Source of the DNA: Leptospirales bacterium
Lineage (GTDB): Bacteria > Spirochaetota > Leptospiria > Leptospirales > Leptonemataceae
NCBI GenBank assembly: GCA_019694655.1
Contig: JAIBBN010000004.1
Coordinates: 146,348 to 210,347 of the forward strand
DNA length: 64,000 nucleotides
Reading direction: 5' to 3'
A model generated the notes under the pieces. That model did no database searches, was not told the origin of the DNA, and saw nothing but the letters and a program-made list of their open reading frames with translations. Below, one piece after another: positions 1-9,357 of the stretch. The position numbers and the translations under genes were made by a program. Position 1 is the stretch's first letter. Each line of letters begins with the position of its first letter.

Positions 1-158
1 GGTACTGGCAATCGGCCCAGATTGTTTCGCTGGAGCTGACGCGCAGGCGCGCGCAGAGAATCCAGGCCTTGCAGCTGGAAATCGATCGAGCCATTCAGCG
101 CACAATTGAGGAGAAATCACGAGAACTGCGCAGCAGCGAGGGCCAGTCTTTACACTGA
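1..158 (+). CDS. 3' end of an unidentified CDS entering from upstream (charged, coiled-coil-like tail)
   Basis: Frame 3 is open from the window edge to TGA at 156-158. The translation ...LELTRRRAQRIQALQLEIDRAIQRTIEEKSRELRSSEGQSLH is heptad-like and charged. It is absent from the ORF track because it has no start in-window. No family recognised. Confidence 0.35.
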   Translation, partial: YWQSAQIVSLELTRRRAQRIQALQLEIDRAIQRTIEEKSRELRSSEGQSLH

Positions 159-257
159 CAGAAGGCTGAAGAAATCGTTGGCCGGTCCTTTGCTGGCAGC
201 GTGACAGTGCGAATTTCATGATTTCGCTGCCAGCCGGCTGCGTGGAGGCTGGTCCTC

Positions 258-971
258 GTGTCCGCTTTCCCTGCTGCGCTCCAGGCAGACTTCCCCGCAT
301 TTCGGGTATTGCTGCGTGCGCTGGGTGAAACCCGATTGATAGATTCAAAGAGCGAAGCCTCCCGCATCGAACCTGGTCAGGCTGCCCTGATGGCCTGCCG
401 CGGCTCAGTGCGGAGCTGGCGTTGTCTGTTTGTGACGGTACACGGCGCTGCCAGTCTGCCGCTGTCTGATTTTCTAGAATCCCTGCATTCCACGACAGTG
501 GCCGGCGATGCCCTTGCAGCGCTGGGGGAGAAGATCCGGCATCCAGGCGGAGAGGCCAGACTGGCCATGCTGGAGATTTCTGCGGAGGAGGCGGAGGAAG
601 AAGTCGATCAGGAAGAACTGCGCCGCATTATGGGCCGACGCTATCGGGCGGTGAAAGCCGATTCCGGGCGGCCGCTCCTGACGCTTGGCGCCTGCGTGGG
701 CGGTCTGCCGCCCTTGATACATCTTGGCGCCGAAGGTCTTACATTGCCGATTCGATCCTGGGTTCCGGCCGGTTTGACCGAACGCTGGCGACCGCTCTGC
801 CAGACGATCGAATGCCGACCTGGCGATCGTATGTTACTGCATAGCGAAGCGCGCGGCGAACACAGTCTGCGGTCTTTTCATGATTTGCTCAAGAAGAGCC
901 CGGAGGATTGGACGCTGCCGGAGGGCATTGCCGCGGGCATGGAACTGCGCTTCGAGGACGGCGCTACTTGA
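258..971 (+). CDS. hypothetical protein
   Basis: 237-aa ORF with a GTG start. Its stop overlaps the next gene's ATG (TGATG at 969-973), suggesting translational coupling. No motif recognised with confidence. Confidence 0.45.
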   Translation: MSAFPAALQADFPAFRVLLRALGETRLIDSKSEASRIEPGQAALMACRGSVRSWRCLFVTVHGAASLPLSDFLESLHSTTVAGDALAALGEKIRHPGGEARLAMLEISAEEAEEEVDQEELRRIMGRRYRAVKADSGRPLLTLGACVGGLPPLIHLGAEGLTLPIRSWVPAGLTERWRPLCQTIECRPGDRMLLHSEARGEHSLRSFHDLLKKSPEDWTLPEGIAAGMELRFEDGAT

Positions 972-1573
972 TGAGCTTTCGCCATCGCGCTTTGCTCCTG
1001 GCAGCGATCGTTGGCCAGCTTGCCTGCAAGCAGTTGCATGTTGATTCGCAGGTCCTGCCGCGCGATGCAAGCATTGCCGATCCACAGCAGGGGCCTGTAA
1101 TTCAACTGCAGTTTACGGGCCAGGAAGGCGTGCGAAGCGACTTTGCCTGGTCGCGTACACAGTACCGGGTGATCTCGTCGCGCATGGAGAACGTAAGCGG
1201 CAGCCTGAATGCACTGCTGGCCCCGGCTCTGGTTGAGGCCTTGCGCCGCCAGGGCTTGCGCAGCGGCGCGTCGGGGACTACAGTCCTGCGCGTCCATTTC
1301 CAGCGCTGGCTGTTGATCTGGACCCCGCCCCGGGAGTTCATTCAAACCCCGGCGCCGCTTCGTCGAGGAATCGTGGAAGCGGACCTGGAACTGCGCTTTT
1401 CCTTGAACGCCTTTGGCGAGGAGGGCCGCTGCCGCTGGCAACGCTCAGCGGAGGCCTACGATGGCGAAGAAACCTTTTATATGGAGCAATTTGCTGCGGA
1501 GGCTTTGCGTAGCTGTGCATTGCAGGCAGCCCGCTGGACCACACAGCGGCTGAATCGTGAGGCCCGGCCTTGA
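971..1573 (+). CDS. putative lipoprotein
   Basis: An internal ATG of ORF 908..1573 gives MSFRHRALLLAAIVGQLAC-K, a lipobox-like signal. It overlaps the upstream stop by 1 nt, and its own stop overlaps the next gene's start. Confidence 0.55.
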   Translation: MSFRHRALLLAAIVGQLACKQLHVDSQVLPRDASIADPQQGPVIQLQFTGQEGVRSDFAWSRTQYRVISSRMENVSGSLNALLAPALVEALRRQGLRSGASGTTVLRVHFQRWLLIWTPPREFIQTPAPLRRGIVEADLELRFSLNAFGEEGRCRWQRSAEAYDGEETFYMEQFAAEALRSCALQAARWTTQRLNREARP

Positions 1574-1950
1574 TTTACCTCTGGTTGATTGTATCCGCTT
1601 TGCTTGGATCGCTGGGGCAGATTCTGATGAAGATTGCCATGAATCGTGCTGGTCCCTCCCCGGAGTTCAGCAGCGGCGTTTCTGTGGCGGCGCTTTACTT
1701 TGCGCGGGCGCTATTCAGCTCGCCCATGATTGGGGCCGTAGCCGCCTACGCCCTGAGCTTCCTGCTGTGGCTGGCTGCCCTGAGCCGTACGGATTTGAGC
1801 CTCGCGCGGCCTTTTGTCTCCATCAGTTATTTGGTCGTGGCAGTCTATGGCTATTTTGCTGGCGAACGCCTGAGCTGGGAACGAGTACTGGGTATCGCCT
1901 TAATTACCGTGGGGCTGTTTTTTGTAGCCCGCAGCGGGCTGCGCACCTGA
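1570..1950 (+). CDS. small EamA/SMR-like (DMT superfamily) four-helix membrane protein
   Basis: 126 aa with a TTG start. Four hydrophobic segments. The N-terminus 'LIVSALLGSLGQILMKIAM' is typical of single-EamA-domain or ArnE/ArnF-like small transporters. Confidence 0.65.
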   Translation: MIYLWLIVSALLGSLGQILMKIAMNRAGPSPEFSSGVSVAALYFARALFSSPMIGAVAAYALSFLLWLAALSRTDLSLARPFVSISYLVVAVYGYFAGERLSWERVLGIALITVGLFFVARSGLRT

Positions 1951-2022
1951 TTTCTAGAACTGCTCGAATCGCCAGCTGGCCGATCAATAAAGCAGCGGCT
2001 GGCCGGGCTGCGGAGCGGAACC

Positions 2023-2253
2023 ATGATCGTGAAGTCCCATTCCTTGATGCTGGGTTACCGTCAGTTTGACGCCCAGTTTCGTCGCCACAATGGCAAGCTG
2101 GTCCTGAGCGTGGAGGACATCGGTCCCATCTCTCCTTCTGACTACATCAAGAATGGATTTCGCGTCCTGCGAGCTTCGACTGAAGAACTGCAGGCGCTGG
2201 TACAGGGCGGCTACGAGTCGCGCACGGCGCTCTTGCGTTTCTTTAGCGATTGA
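2023..2253 (+). CDS. hypothetical small protein (76 aa)
   Basis: ATG ORF with a protein-like composition. It is convergent with the XRE gene, 6 nt apart. No family recognised. Confidence 0.4.
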   Translation: MIVKSHSLMLGYRQFDAQFRRHNGKLVLSVEDIGPISPSDYIKNGFRVLRASTEELQALVQGGYESRTALLRFFSD

Positions 2254-2259
2254 CCTAGA

Positions 2260-2613
2260 TCAAGAGCTGGCGTTTTCCTTGAGTCGTTGGTAGGCCTGCA
2301 TCGTGGTTCGCGCCACTGGCTGCAGACGTCGCGGCAGGTTGTGATACATCAGCGCAACTTCCATCGCTTCATTGGAAAGCCGCCCTTGCGCCTGCTTGAT
2401 GAAGATCGGCTTTTTTCCGGAGAGAATCCATTCGGCGCTGATCCCGTAGGAGGCCTGGATAGCAAGGGCCACCACCTTTCGAATTCGATGGTGGCCGGTA
2501 AAGTACATGGCTACGGAGGAAAGGGAGATTCCAAGGGTGGCGCTCAATTCCTGTCGAGAGACATTGATCCGCTTCATAATGCGTTCGGTTCGTTGTTCTG
2601 CGGTCATTGCCAT
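2260..2613 (-). CDS. XRE-family helix-turn-helix transcriptional regulator
   Basis: 117 aa. 'INVSRQELSATLGISLSSVAMYFTG' is a classic HTH_3 (Cro/CI-type) helix-turn-helix. An AT-rich upstream region follows at 2614-2865. Confidence 0.75.
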   Translation of the reverse strand: MAMTAEQRTERIMKRINVSRQELSATLGISLSSVAMYFTGHHRIRKVVALAIQASYGISAEWILSGKKPIFIKQAQGRLSNEAMEVALMYHNLPRRLQPVARTTMQAYQRLKENASS

Positions 2614-2731
2614 TCAAGGAACTTCCTGTGCTCTTGCTGCCGCCCGGTAGTATTCATCGAGCGCAAACCAGCTGGAAAAGCCGTGAATCGATTTAGCATC
2701 AATCAAATATTTCTGAAAAATCAATTTGGTT

Positions 2732-2760
2732 GTTCAACTAATATTGGGCGTTCAAATATT
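2732..2760. promoter_or_regulatory. direct repeat GTTCAA(CTA)ATATT x2 in the AT-rich XRE upstream region (candidate operator or promoter element)
   Basis: GTTCAACTAATATT (2732-2745) and GTTCAAATATT (2750-2760) lie in the only strongly AT-rich intergenic stretch of this part of the window, about 120-150 nt upstream of the XRE start codon. Confidence 0.25.
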
Positions 2761-2865
2761 AGCGCTGACCATGATGATGCAGAGATATGGTCGATTGGCC
2801 CCTGGCAGTTCTGGTCAGGCCAGTACGTAGTTCTGCGAGCGGCAAGGCAAGGGAGCTCCGGCAAC

Positions 2866-2896
2866 AAAAAGCCCGGCCTTTTGGGCCGGGCTTTTT
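2866..2896 (-). terminator. Rho-independent (bidirectional-looking) terminator downstream of acnA
   Basis: AAAAA-GCCCGGCC-TTTTG-GGCCGGGC-TTTTT. An 8-bp GC stem is flanked by A and T runs, 29 nt past the acnA stop. Confidence 0.7.
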
Positions 2897-2924
2897 GTTG
2901 CCAATCTGTCTGGCCCGTTGCCAG

Positions 2925-5597
2925 TCAGCTCTGGCCTTTGATGAACTTGCGCAGAACGGCATGAAGGATACCGCCGTTCTGATAATACTCGATCTCCACC
3001 GGCGTATCCAGGCGACAGATCGCCTTGAATTTCTTGCCGTCTGCCTCCACTTCCAGCGTTTGCCGCGGCTTTAGCTGGGCGTTGATCCCACGAATGGTGA
3101 ATTGCTCCTTGCCGCTTAAGCTAAGGGATTCGTGGCTTTCGCCAGGCAGAAATTGCAGCGGCAACACGCCCATGCCTACCAGGTTGGAGCGATGAATCCG
3201 CTCATAGCTGGCAGCGATCACGGCGCGCACGCCAAGGGTGTAGGCGCCTTTGGCGGCCCAATCGCGCGAGGAGCCTGTACCGTATTCCTGACCGGCGAGC
3301 ACTACCAGCGGGGTGCGGTCTTTGCGATAGCGTTCACTGGCTTCGAAGATGGTCATCTTTTCGTCGCCGGGCTGAAAGTTGGTCCAACCGCCTTCGGTAC
3401 CTGGCGCCATCTGGTTGCGCAGCCTTATGTTGGCAAAGGTGCCGCGGGTCATGATGCGGTCGTTGCCGCGGCGCGCGCCGTAGGAGTTGAAGTCCTTTTT
3501 GGCTACGCCCTTTGATTTCAGATACTGGCCGGCGGGCGTTTCTTCGCTGAAAGAGCCGGCGGGGCTGATGTGGTCGGTCGTTACGGAGTCGGCGACCTTG
3601 ACCAGACAGCGTGCGCCCACAATATCGCTGAGCGCCGGCGGATCCAGCGGCATGTCCAGGAAGTAAGGCGGTTCCTGAATGTAGGTAGAATCCAGGTTCC
3701 ACTTGTAGACCTGGCCGCCAGAGGCTGGAATCTTATTCCAGCTTTCGTTCATCGTCGCCACATTACCGTAGCGTTGGCTGTACATTTCCGGCTTCAAATT
3801 TGCTTCAACCGCTGCCGCCAATTCTTGATGGGAGGGCCAGATATCCTTGAGGTAAACGTCCTTTCCGTCCTTGTCCTTGCCCAGCGGGTCATTCTGCAGA
3901 TCGATATCGACAGTTCCGGCAATGGCATAGGCCACCACCAGCGGCGGGCTGGCCAGATAGTTAGCCTTTACATTGGGACTGATGCGGCCCTCGAAGTTGC
4001 GATTGCCAGAGAGCACGGAAACTGCCACCAGATTGCCGTCGTTGATAGCCTTCACTACCGGATCGGGCAGCGGCCCCGAATTGCCAATGCAAGTTGTGCA
4101 ACCGTAGCCGACGGTGTGGAAGCCAAGCTGGTCCAGGTATTGAGACAGTCCGGCCTTGTCCAGGTAGTCGGTAACCACGCGCGATCCAGGGGCCAGGCTG
4201 GTCTTTACGAAGGGTTTCACCTTGAGACCGCGTTCCACTGCCTTGCGCGCCACCAGGCCAGCGCCGATCATTACGCCTGGGTTCGAAGTGTTGGTACAGG
4301 ACGTTATGGCTGCAATGACCACATTGCCGTGGGTGATTTCGGCCTGGTAGCCATTGTCAATGCGACCACTGGCTTTGAGTTGTGCATCGTTCAGTTCAAA
4401 TCCGCGCTCTTTGATCGGGGCCGTAAGACTCTTGCGCCACACGGATTTCATTTCTTTCAAGTTCACGCGATCTTGCGGCCGCTTAGGACCGGCAAGCGCC
4501 GGCTCGACCTCGCTCATGTCCAGGGACAGCGTGTCCGTGTACTCGGGGTCAGGGCTTTCGTCGCTGCGGAACAGTCCCTGCGCTTTGTAGTACTTTTCGA
4601 CCAGGTCGACCAGTTCTGCTTTGCGACCGGTGCGTTCCAGGAAGCGCAGCGTCTCTTGATCCACCGGAAAGAAGCCGCAGGTCGCGCCATATTCGGGCGC
4701 CATATTGGCGATGGTTGCGCGGTCGGCCAGCGCCAGATTGCTTAGGCCGCTTCCGTAGAACTCGACAAACTTGTTCACCACGCCTTTCTTGCGCAGCATT
4801 TCCGTCACGCGCAGCACCAGATCGGTGGCCGTGGCGCCCTCGCGCAATTTTCCGGACAGTTTGAAGCCGACCACCTGTGGGATCAGCATGTAGATTGGTT
4901 GGGCCAGCATCACCGCTTCGGCCTCGATGCCGCCCACGCCCCAGCCCAAAACGCCAAGACCATTGATCATCGTGGTATGCGAATCGGTTCCCACCAGAGA
5001 ATCCGGATAGGCAACGCCGTCTTTGACCAGAACAACTGAAGCCAGGTGCTCCAGATTGACCTGATGGACAATGCCGGCGCCAGGTGGTACAATGCCAAAA
5101 TTTTCAAAGGCCTGCTGGCCCCATTTCAAGAATTCATAACGTTCGCGGTTCCGTTCAAATTCCAGCTCCATATTTTTCTGAAGCGCATCGCTGCTGCCGA
5201 AATAGTCGACCTGGACGCTGTGATCAATCACCAGGTCTACGCGCACTTTAGGATTGATGCGCGCTGGATCGCCGCCGGCCTTTACCATTGCATTGCGCAT
5301 TGCCGCAAGGTCGACCACCGCCGGGACGCCAGTAAAATCCTGCATGATCACGCGGCCCGGCATGAAGGCGGTCTCTTCATCGGGTTCTTTGCGCGGGTCC
5401 CAGTTCAACAGCTTCTGGATGTCGGCTTCGGTGACAATGTAGTCATCGTAGTTGCGCAGGGCGGCTTCCAGCAGCACGCGCATCGAGTAAGGAAGACGCT
5501 GCAGGCGACTGGCGTCGCCAAGTGCGCCCAGCTTGAAGTATTTCAGCGTTCCCGCCTTGCTGTCCAGCGTCGCCTCGGCATTGAATTTTGCGGCCAT
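2925..5597 (-). CDS. acnA: aconitate hydratase A
   Basis: 890 aa. Aconitase hallmarks 'GTDSHTTM', '[10 protein letters not shown]', 'CTTCIGNSG' (Fe-S cysteines) and '[10 protein letters not shown]' are present. An AGAGGGAAG Shine-Dalgarno-like sequence lies upstream. Confidence 0.97.
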   Translation of the reverse strand: MAAKFNAEATLDSKAGTLKYFKLGALGDASRLQRLPYSMRVLLEAALRNYDDYIVTEADIQKLLNWDPRKEPDEETAFMPGRVIMQDFTGVPAVVDLAAMRNAMVKAGGDPARINPKVRVDLVIDHSVQVDYFGSSDALQKNMELEFERNRERYEFLKWGQQAFENFGIVPPGAGIVHQVNLEHLASVVLVKDGVAYPDSLVGTDSHTTMINGLGVLGWGVGGIEAEAVMLAQPIYMLIPQVVGFKLSGKLREGATATDLVLRVTEMLRKKGVVNKFVEFYGSGLSNLALADRATIANMAPEYGATCGFFPVDQETLRFLERTGRKAELVDLVEKYYKAQGLFRSDESPDPEYTDTLSLDMSEVEPALAGPKRPQDRVNLKEMKSVWRKSLTAPIKERGFELNDAQLKASGRIDNGYQAEITHGNVVIAAITSCTNTSNPGVMIGAGLVARKAVERGLKVKPFVKTSLAPGSRVVTDYLDKAGLSQYLDQLGFHTVGYGCTTCIGNSGPLPDPVVKAINDGNLVAVSVLSGNRNFEGRISPNVKANYLASPPLVVAYAIAGTVDIDLQNDPLGKDKDGKDVYLKDIWPSHQELAAAVEANLKPEMYSQRYGNVATMNESWNKIPASGGQVYKWNLDSTYIQEPPYFLDMPLDPPALSDIVGARCLVKVADSVTTDHISPAGSFSEETPAGQYLKSKGVAKKDFNSYGARRGNDRIMTRGTFANIRLRNQMAPGTEGGWTNFQPGDEKMTIFEASERYRKDRTPLVVLAGQEYGTGSSRDWAAKGAYTLGVRAVIAASYERIHRSNLVGMGVLPLQFLPGESHESLSLSGKEQFTIRGINAQLKPRQTLEVEADGKKFKAICRLDTPVEIEYYQNGGILHAVLRKFIKGQS

Positions 5598-5729
5598 TCC
5601 TGTCTTCCCTCTTTGATGATCCGGATGGTATTGCTGACTGCAGGGCCAACGACCGGGACCGAATTAGAGTCGCAAACTCGGCCTTACAGTGCGCTCAGTC
5701 AATCCTGAATTGCAGGAAGCGTGCGGCTC

Positions 5730-5954
5730 TCAAGGATCGGGCGCACGTACGACCTTGTTGCGGCTGCCCTGGCCCCGCAGCAAATGCAACGAGGAAACCG
5801 GGACATCGAGTTCGGCGGCAATCGATTTGAGGATTGCCTGATTGGCTTTGCCATCAATGGCCCGTTCCCGGACGCGTACCACCCAGACGCCGTCGGGTCT
5901 GCGCTCGATGCCAGGTTTATGGACGCCGGCCTTGGCCACTACGTGAATATCCAT
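5730..5954 (-). CDS. DUF167 (YggU-like) family protein
   Basis: 74 aa. 'IDGKANQAILKSIAAELDVPVSSLHLLRGQGSRNKVV' matches the conserved DUF167 core (G-x-A-N ... G-x-x-S-R-x-K). Confidence 0.8.
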   Translation of the reverse strand: MDIHVVAKAGVHKPGIERRPDGVWVVRVRERAIDGKANQAILKSIAAELDVPVSSLHLLRGQGSRNKVVRAPDP

Positions 5955-5972
5955 GGTTCTGGGCCGCGCCGC

Positions 5973-6746
5973 TCAATGGACTACAATCGATTCCAGCTGT
6001 AAGCTGCGTAGCGGCGCGCTGTCATTCATTGAGGAGAGCACGTCAATCTGTCCGGGCAGAGTCAGCCCCTGTCCCCTGACCAGCCCGGCCAGGCGCAAGA
6101 TCGACCGCGAGCCGGCATAGAAGCCTCCGCCTGTAAAATCGACGTAGCGCGGCGAACCTCCGGCGGCATCCATCCACAGCACATACTCATTCTGGTCCTC
6201 CGTCCCATCCGGATTGGGACCGGCAAAGATGCGATTGCAGAGGCCTTCGCCGCATGGGCGCGCGTTCAAGCGCGCCGCACGCGGCCGGCGCGCCAATCGA
6301 TAGAGCACCTCGATATGATCGACCAGCGATTCCAGGTAGAGCCGAGTCAAGGGCTGACTGGAATAATGTGGTCTTCCGGCCTCAATCGTATAGCACTCGC
6401 CTTCATCGAGGCCGATGACCTGGCCTTGGCGTTCGCCATCCAGAAATTCCAGTTGAATTCGTGCGCCGCCTGGCGAGAAGCGCAGCGCCAGGCGCTGTTC
6501 GTTGGAGGGTAGCGGAGTTAGCCAGCGCAGCCACGTGGATTGCCAGCGGTCTGTCAGTTGCACGCTGAGCTCGGCGCTTCTCTCCCAGACCGCGCTGCCG
6601 TATAGAGCGGAAATTCGCTGGAGCTCAGCATCGCCGCTGGTGGTCCGCACCGGGTCTTCCAGAAGGGTCGCGCCGCCGCAGCTGATCAACAACGGTGCTG
6701 CAAGCATCGCTGCCAGCAAGCGCATGAACTTCCGGCCTGCGGACAT
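5973..6746 (-). CDS. putative lipoprotein
   Basis: An internal ATG of ORF 5973..6893 gives MSAGRKFMRLLAAMLAAPLLISC-GG (lipobox). The longer ORF would overlap epmA and starts with an Arg/Pro-rich non-signal sequence. Confidence 0.55.
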   Translation of the reverse strand: MSAGRKFMRLLAAMLAAPLLISCGGATLLEDPVRTTSGDAELQRISALYGSAVWERSAELSVQLTDRWQSTWLRWLTPLPSNEQRLALRFSPGGARIQLEFLDGERQGQVIGLDEGECYTIEAGRPHYSSQPLTRLYLESLVDHIEVLYRLARRPRAARLNARPCGEGLCNRIFAGPNPDGTEDQNEYVLWMDAAGGSPRYVDFTGGGFYAGSRSILRLAGLVRGQGLTLPGQIDVLSSMNDSAPLRSLQLESIVVH

Positions 6747-6805
6747 GGGCGCCAGGTCAGAACGCCGGCGCGGGCCGTCGAGGACAAGTCTATCGTCGGG
6801 TCCAA

Positions 6806-7783
6806 TCAAAGCAGGAGACCAAGTTGATCGAGTCGCTCGCCGCCCTGCAGCGCCAGAAAGGTACGATCCAGGCCCAGGGCGACGCCGCTGCACTCGGGCA
6901 ATCCGCGGTCCATGGCCCGCAGCAAACCGGCATCCGCCGCCATCTCGGGCTTGCCCAGCTTGATCCGACGCTGGTTTTGCTCGACCATTCGGCTGCGCAG
7001 CTCCGCAGCATTGGCAAGTTCCTGATAGCCATTAGCCAGCTCCAGCTTACCCCAGTAGAGTTCGAAACGCTGGGCACAGTCGCCCTCGACTACGGCCAGC
7101 GCTGCCAGGGCAGCGGGGTAGTCGTAGATAAAGAAGGGAGTCGCTGGCAACTGCGGTTCCACCAGGTTCAGGAACAACAGGAAGAACAAATCATCGTCGG
7201 CCAGATCATCGATGGCCGTCGTTGCGCTTCGCAATCCCGCGCCGGCAAGCGCGCTCTCCATCGAGGATCGTCGGAAATCGCACTGACAGTAGCGCTCCAG
7301 TAGTTCGCCGGCAGAAAAACGCGGGAAGGGCGTTTGCGGCAATCGTCGCGCGCTGCATTCGGAGTGGGCCAGGCGCCGTAGCAAGGCCTCGCATTCGTTC
7401 ATCAGTTGCCGGTAATCGGTCCCCACGCGGTACCATTCCAGCATCAGGAACTCTTCCGTATGATGCGCGCCGCTGTCGCCTTCGCGAAAGCAGTGCGCAA
7501 TTTGATACATATCGCAACGCAGTGTAGCCAGCGCCTCCTTCAGTCTGTACTCAGGACTGGTAATCAGATATCCTGCCGGCAAGCCGGGTGCAAAGCTCTC
7601 GGCTTCGGCGCTTTTGCGCACTCCGCTGCGGAGTACCAGAAAAGAGTCAAGCTGGGCTTCAAATGAACCGCTGGCGTTGAGCAGAGGGGTCTCCATTTCC
7701 AGCGCTGGAAACTCACGAAAGTACTGGCGAATTTCGCTCAGCAACGCGGCCCGTTTGCGAAATCGATCCAGCGAGAGTTCCAT
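6806..7783 (-). CDS. epmA: EF-P lysine aminoacylase (GenX/PoxA, truncated class II LysRS paralogue)
   Basis: 325 aa with no anticodon-binding domain. Class II motif 2-like 'CFREGDSGAHHTEEFLMLEWY' and motif 3-like 'CSGVALGLDRTFL' are present. Confidence 0.85.
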   Translation of the reverse strand: MELSLDRFRKRAALLSEIRQYFREFPALEMETPLLNASGSFEAQLDSFLVLRSGVRKSAEAESFAPGLPAGYLITSPEYRLKEALATLRCDMYQIAHCFREGDSGAHHTEEFLMLEWYRVGTDYRQLMNECEALLRRLAHSECSARRLPQTPFPRFSAGELLERYCQCDFRRSSMESALAGAGLRSATTAIDDLADDDLFFLLFLNLVEPQLPATPFFIYDYPAALAALAVVEGDCAQRFELYWGKLELANGYQELANAAELRSRMVEQNQRRIKLGKPEMAADAGLLRAMDRGLPECSGVALGLDRTFLALQGGERLDQLGLLL

Positions 7784-7792
7784 GCGAGTTCT

Positions 7793-9241
7793 TCAGCGCG
7801 AAACCGGGATGGCCGAGACGGTCGCAGGCAACGCGATCATTTTCCGCGAGCCAGATACAGTTCCTTCGGACACAATGAACGCCGCGCTCTGACCTTCGGC
7901 CAGCAGATCCGGTTGTCGAAAAAGCTCAATGACCCGCGCGTTGCGCTCGTACACACGACCCTCGCTGGACGCATCGCTGCGATTGATCGGCAACCAGCCG
8001 AGGCCGGGCAGGTAAGCCTCGACTGTATTCACCTGACGCGGAGTCTGCGCTGCGCCGCGCGGACCAAGCTCCAGCAGCCGCTGCCAGCGCGCAGCAGCGC
8101 CGGCTTGACGAATGGAAGGCTCGGTGGCGGCGCCGGCCTGCAGGCGCAAGCGTTCGAAGACTCCCGGATCATTGAAGGCGCTTTCTGTGCCGTCGTAATA
8201 ATAATAAGCCGGCCCATTGCGCAAGGCCTCAGCCTCCGGTCGGAAATCTGGCGGAATCAGATAGCGTATGTTGCGCACCGCCGCGTTAAATTCATACTCA
8301 AACTCCACGGCGCCGGTTGTCCGACGGCGCATTTCAAAGACGCGTTCACCGGAGGCTGTGAAATCGCGGTTTTCCCAACCAGGAGTTATGGCTCGCACGC
8401 CGCTGACCTGCTGGTTGCTGGTGTTTGGCGGCTGCAGTACAATGATTCGGCCCTGCACGCCGCTCTCTGGCGACTGAAAACGAAGGCGCACGCGAATGCG
8501 GTAGCGTTCTTCGCCGCTAAGGATGAAGTAGCGTTGTTCGGCAAAGGATACGCGTTGCAGCGTGTTTGTTCCACGAAAGACGACCCACAATTGCCCGTCT
8601 GCAAAGGTCAAGCCGCGGGGGCCGCTGGCCGGCGTTACCAGGCTCCCGGTCAGGGCGCCATCGCCCGGCGAGAGGCGCAGGACCAGGTCGCGTTCTGCGT
8701 CCGTTGCCCAGAGGCTCTCCCGATAGTAGGTGATATCGCGCAGTTCCGGTCGGCCGGTATGGAGTTGAGAGATTGTACGCTGTAACTGAGGATCATAGAG
8801 GTGGATGATGCCTTTGCCCTTTTCCAGCAGGTACCACAGGTCGGGCCCAAAGGCAATGCCGGCCACACGGCTGACAGGCAGGCGCAACCGGGCATCAATG
8901 CCTCCGGAAAGCGGAGAAATCCGAAGCGCTCCGTTTTCGACTCCGAGATACAGGCTCCCGTCCCATGGATTGAAGGCCATGCCGTAGAGGCGTCGGTCGC
9001 CCATCGAAACGCGCTGTGGCTGCGCGTTGGAGCCGGCAAGGGGGATACGGACGATTTGTTGCGCCCGAATATCCGAGTACCAGAAATTGCCGCCATCATA
9101 GGCCAGACCGTAGGGGGTAAAGGGGGCCGGGTACTCTTCTACGGCAGGGCGACGGGCAGCAAGGTCTACTGGAAGAAGGGCCTGGATCAGCAAAGAAGTA
9201 CTTGCAGCCATACAGAATTGACTTAGAATGGTTCTAAACAT
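7793..9241 (-). CDS. secreted beta-propeller protein with a C-terminal transglutaminase-like (apparently non-catalytic) region
   Basis: An internal ATG gives the signal peptide MFRTILSQFCMAASTSLLIQALLP. Five to six blade-like repeats are visible (GLAYDGGNFWY, GMAFNPWDGSLY, GIAFGPDLWY, DITYYRESLW, GLTFADGQLW). They are followed by a 'Bact_transglu_N'-like beta segment and 'VEAYLPGLGWLPINRSD', which resembles the TGase core 'HAW-E-Y----GW--FDPT'. Confidence 0.6.
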   Translation of the reverse strand: MFRTILSQFCMAASTSLLIQALLPVDLAARRPAVEEYPAPFTPYGLAYDGGNFWYSDIRAQQIVRIPLAGSNAQPQRVSMGDRRLYGMAFNPWDGSLYLGVENGALRISPLSGGIDARLRLPVSRVAGIAFGPDLWYLLEKGKGIIHLYDPQLQRTISQLHTGRPELRDITYYRESLWATDAERDLVLRLSPGDGALTGSLVTPASGPRGLTFADGQLWVVFRGTNTLQRVSFAEQRYFILSGEERYRIRVRLRFQSPESGVQGRIIVLQPPNTSNQQVSGVRAITPGWENRDFTASGERVFEMRRRTTGAVEFEYEFNAAVRNIRYLIPPDFRPEAEALRNGPAYYYYDGTESAFNDPGVFERLRLQAGAATEPSIRQAGAAARWQRLLELGPRGAAQTPRQVNTVEAYLPGLGWLPINRSDASSEGRVYERNARVIELFRQPDLLAEGQSAAFIVSEGTVSGSRKMIALPATVSAIPVSR

Positions 9242-9357
9242 CGCTTGATTCCGGGAATGAGGTGTCCTGAAACCGCGCCCTGATTCGTTCGTCTGATACG
9301 GAAGGCGCGGGGGCAAGGGGCGGCTCCCGGGGATCTGCTGACGAGGAGGGTGCGTCC

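Noticed and set aside
258-971. The 237-aa protein as a degenerate SpoIIE/PP2C phosphatase, based on 'CRPGDRMLLHSEA' resembling the 'L-PGD-LLLYTDG' motif
   Set aside because: This is a single short resemblance with no other PP2C motifs visible (no metal-binding Asp clusters). That is insufficient for a call.
2023-2613. The 76-aa ORF plus the XRE regulator as a toxin-antitoxin pair
   Set aside because: The genes are convergent rather than co-transcribed, and the small protein shows no recognisable toxin motif.
3570-4745. 391-aa plus-strand ORF inside acnA, and similar long antisense ORFs: 5046-5708(+), 22911-23768(-), 38496-39242(-), 45176-45955(-), 47101-48093(-), 50639-51529(-), 59408-60466(+)
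   Set aside because: Each lies fully opposite a CDS with strong family signatures (acnA, rluB-like, meaB, PilZ, hisS/permease, CitE-like, DUF4139). Each has the low-complexity R/A/G/Q-rich composition expected from the reverse frame of high-GC genes.
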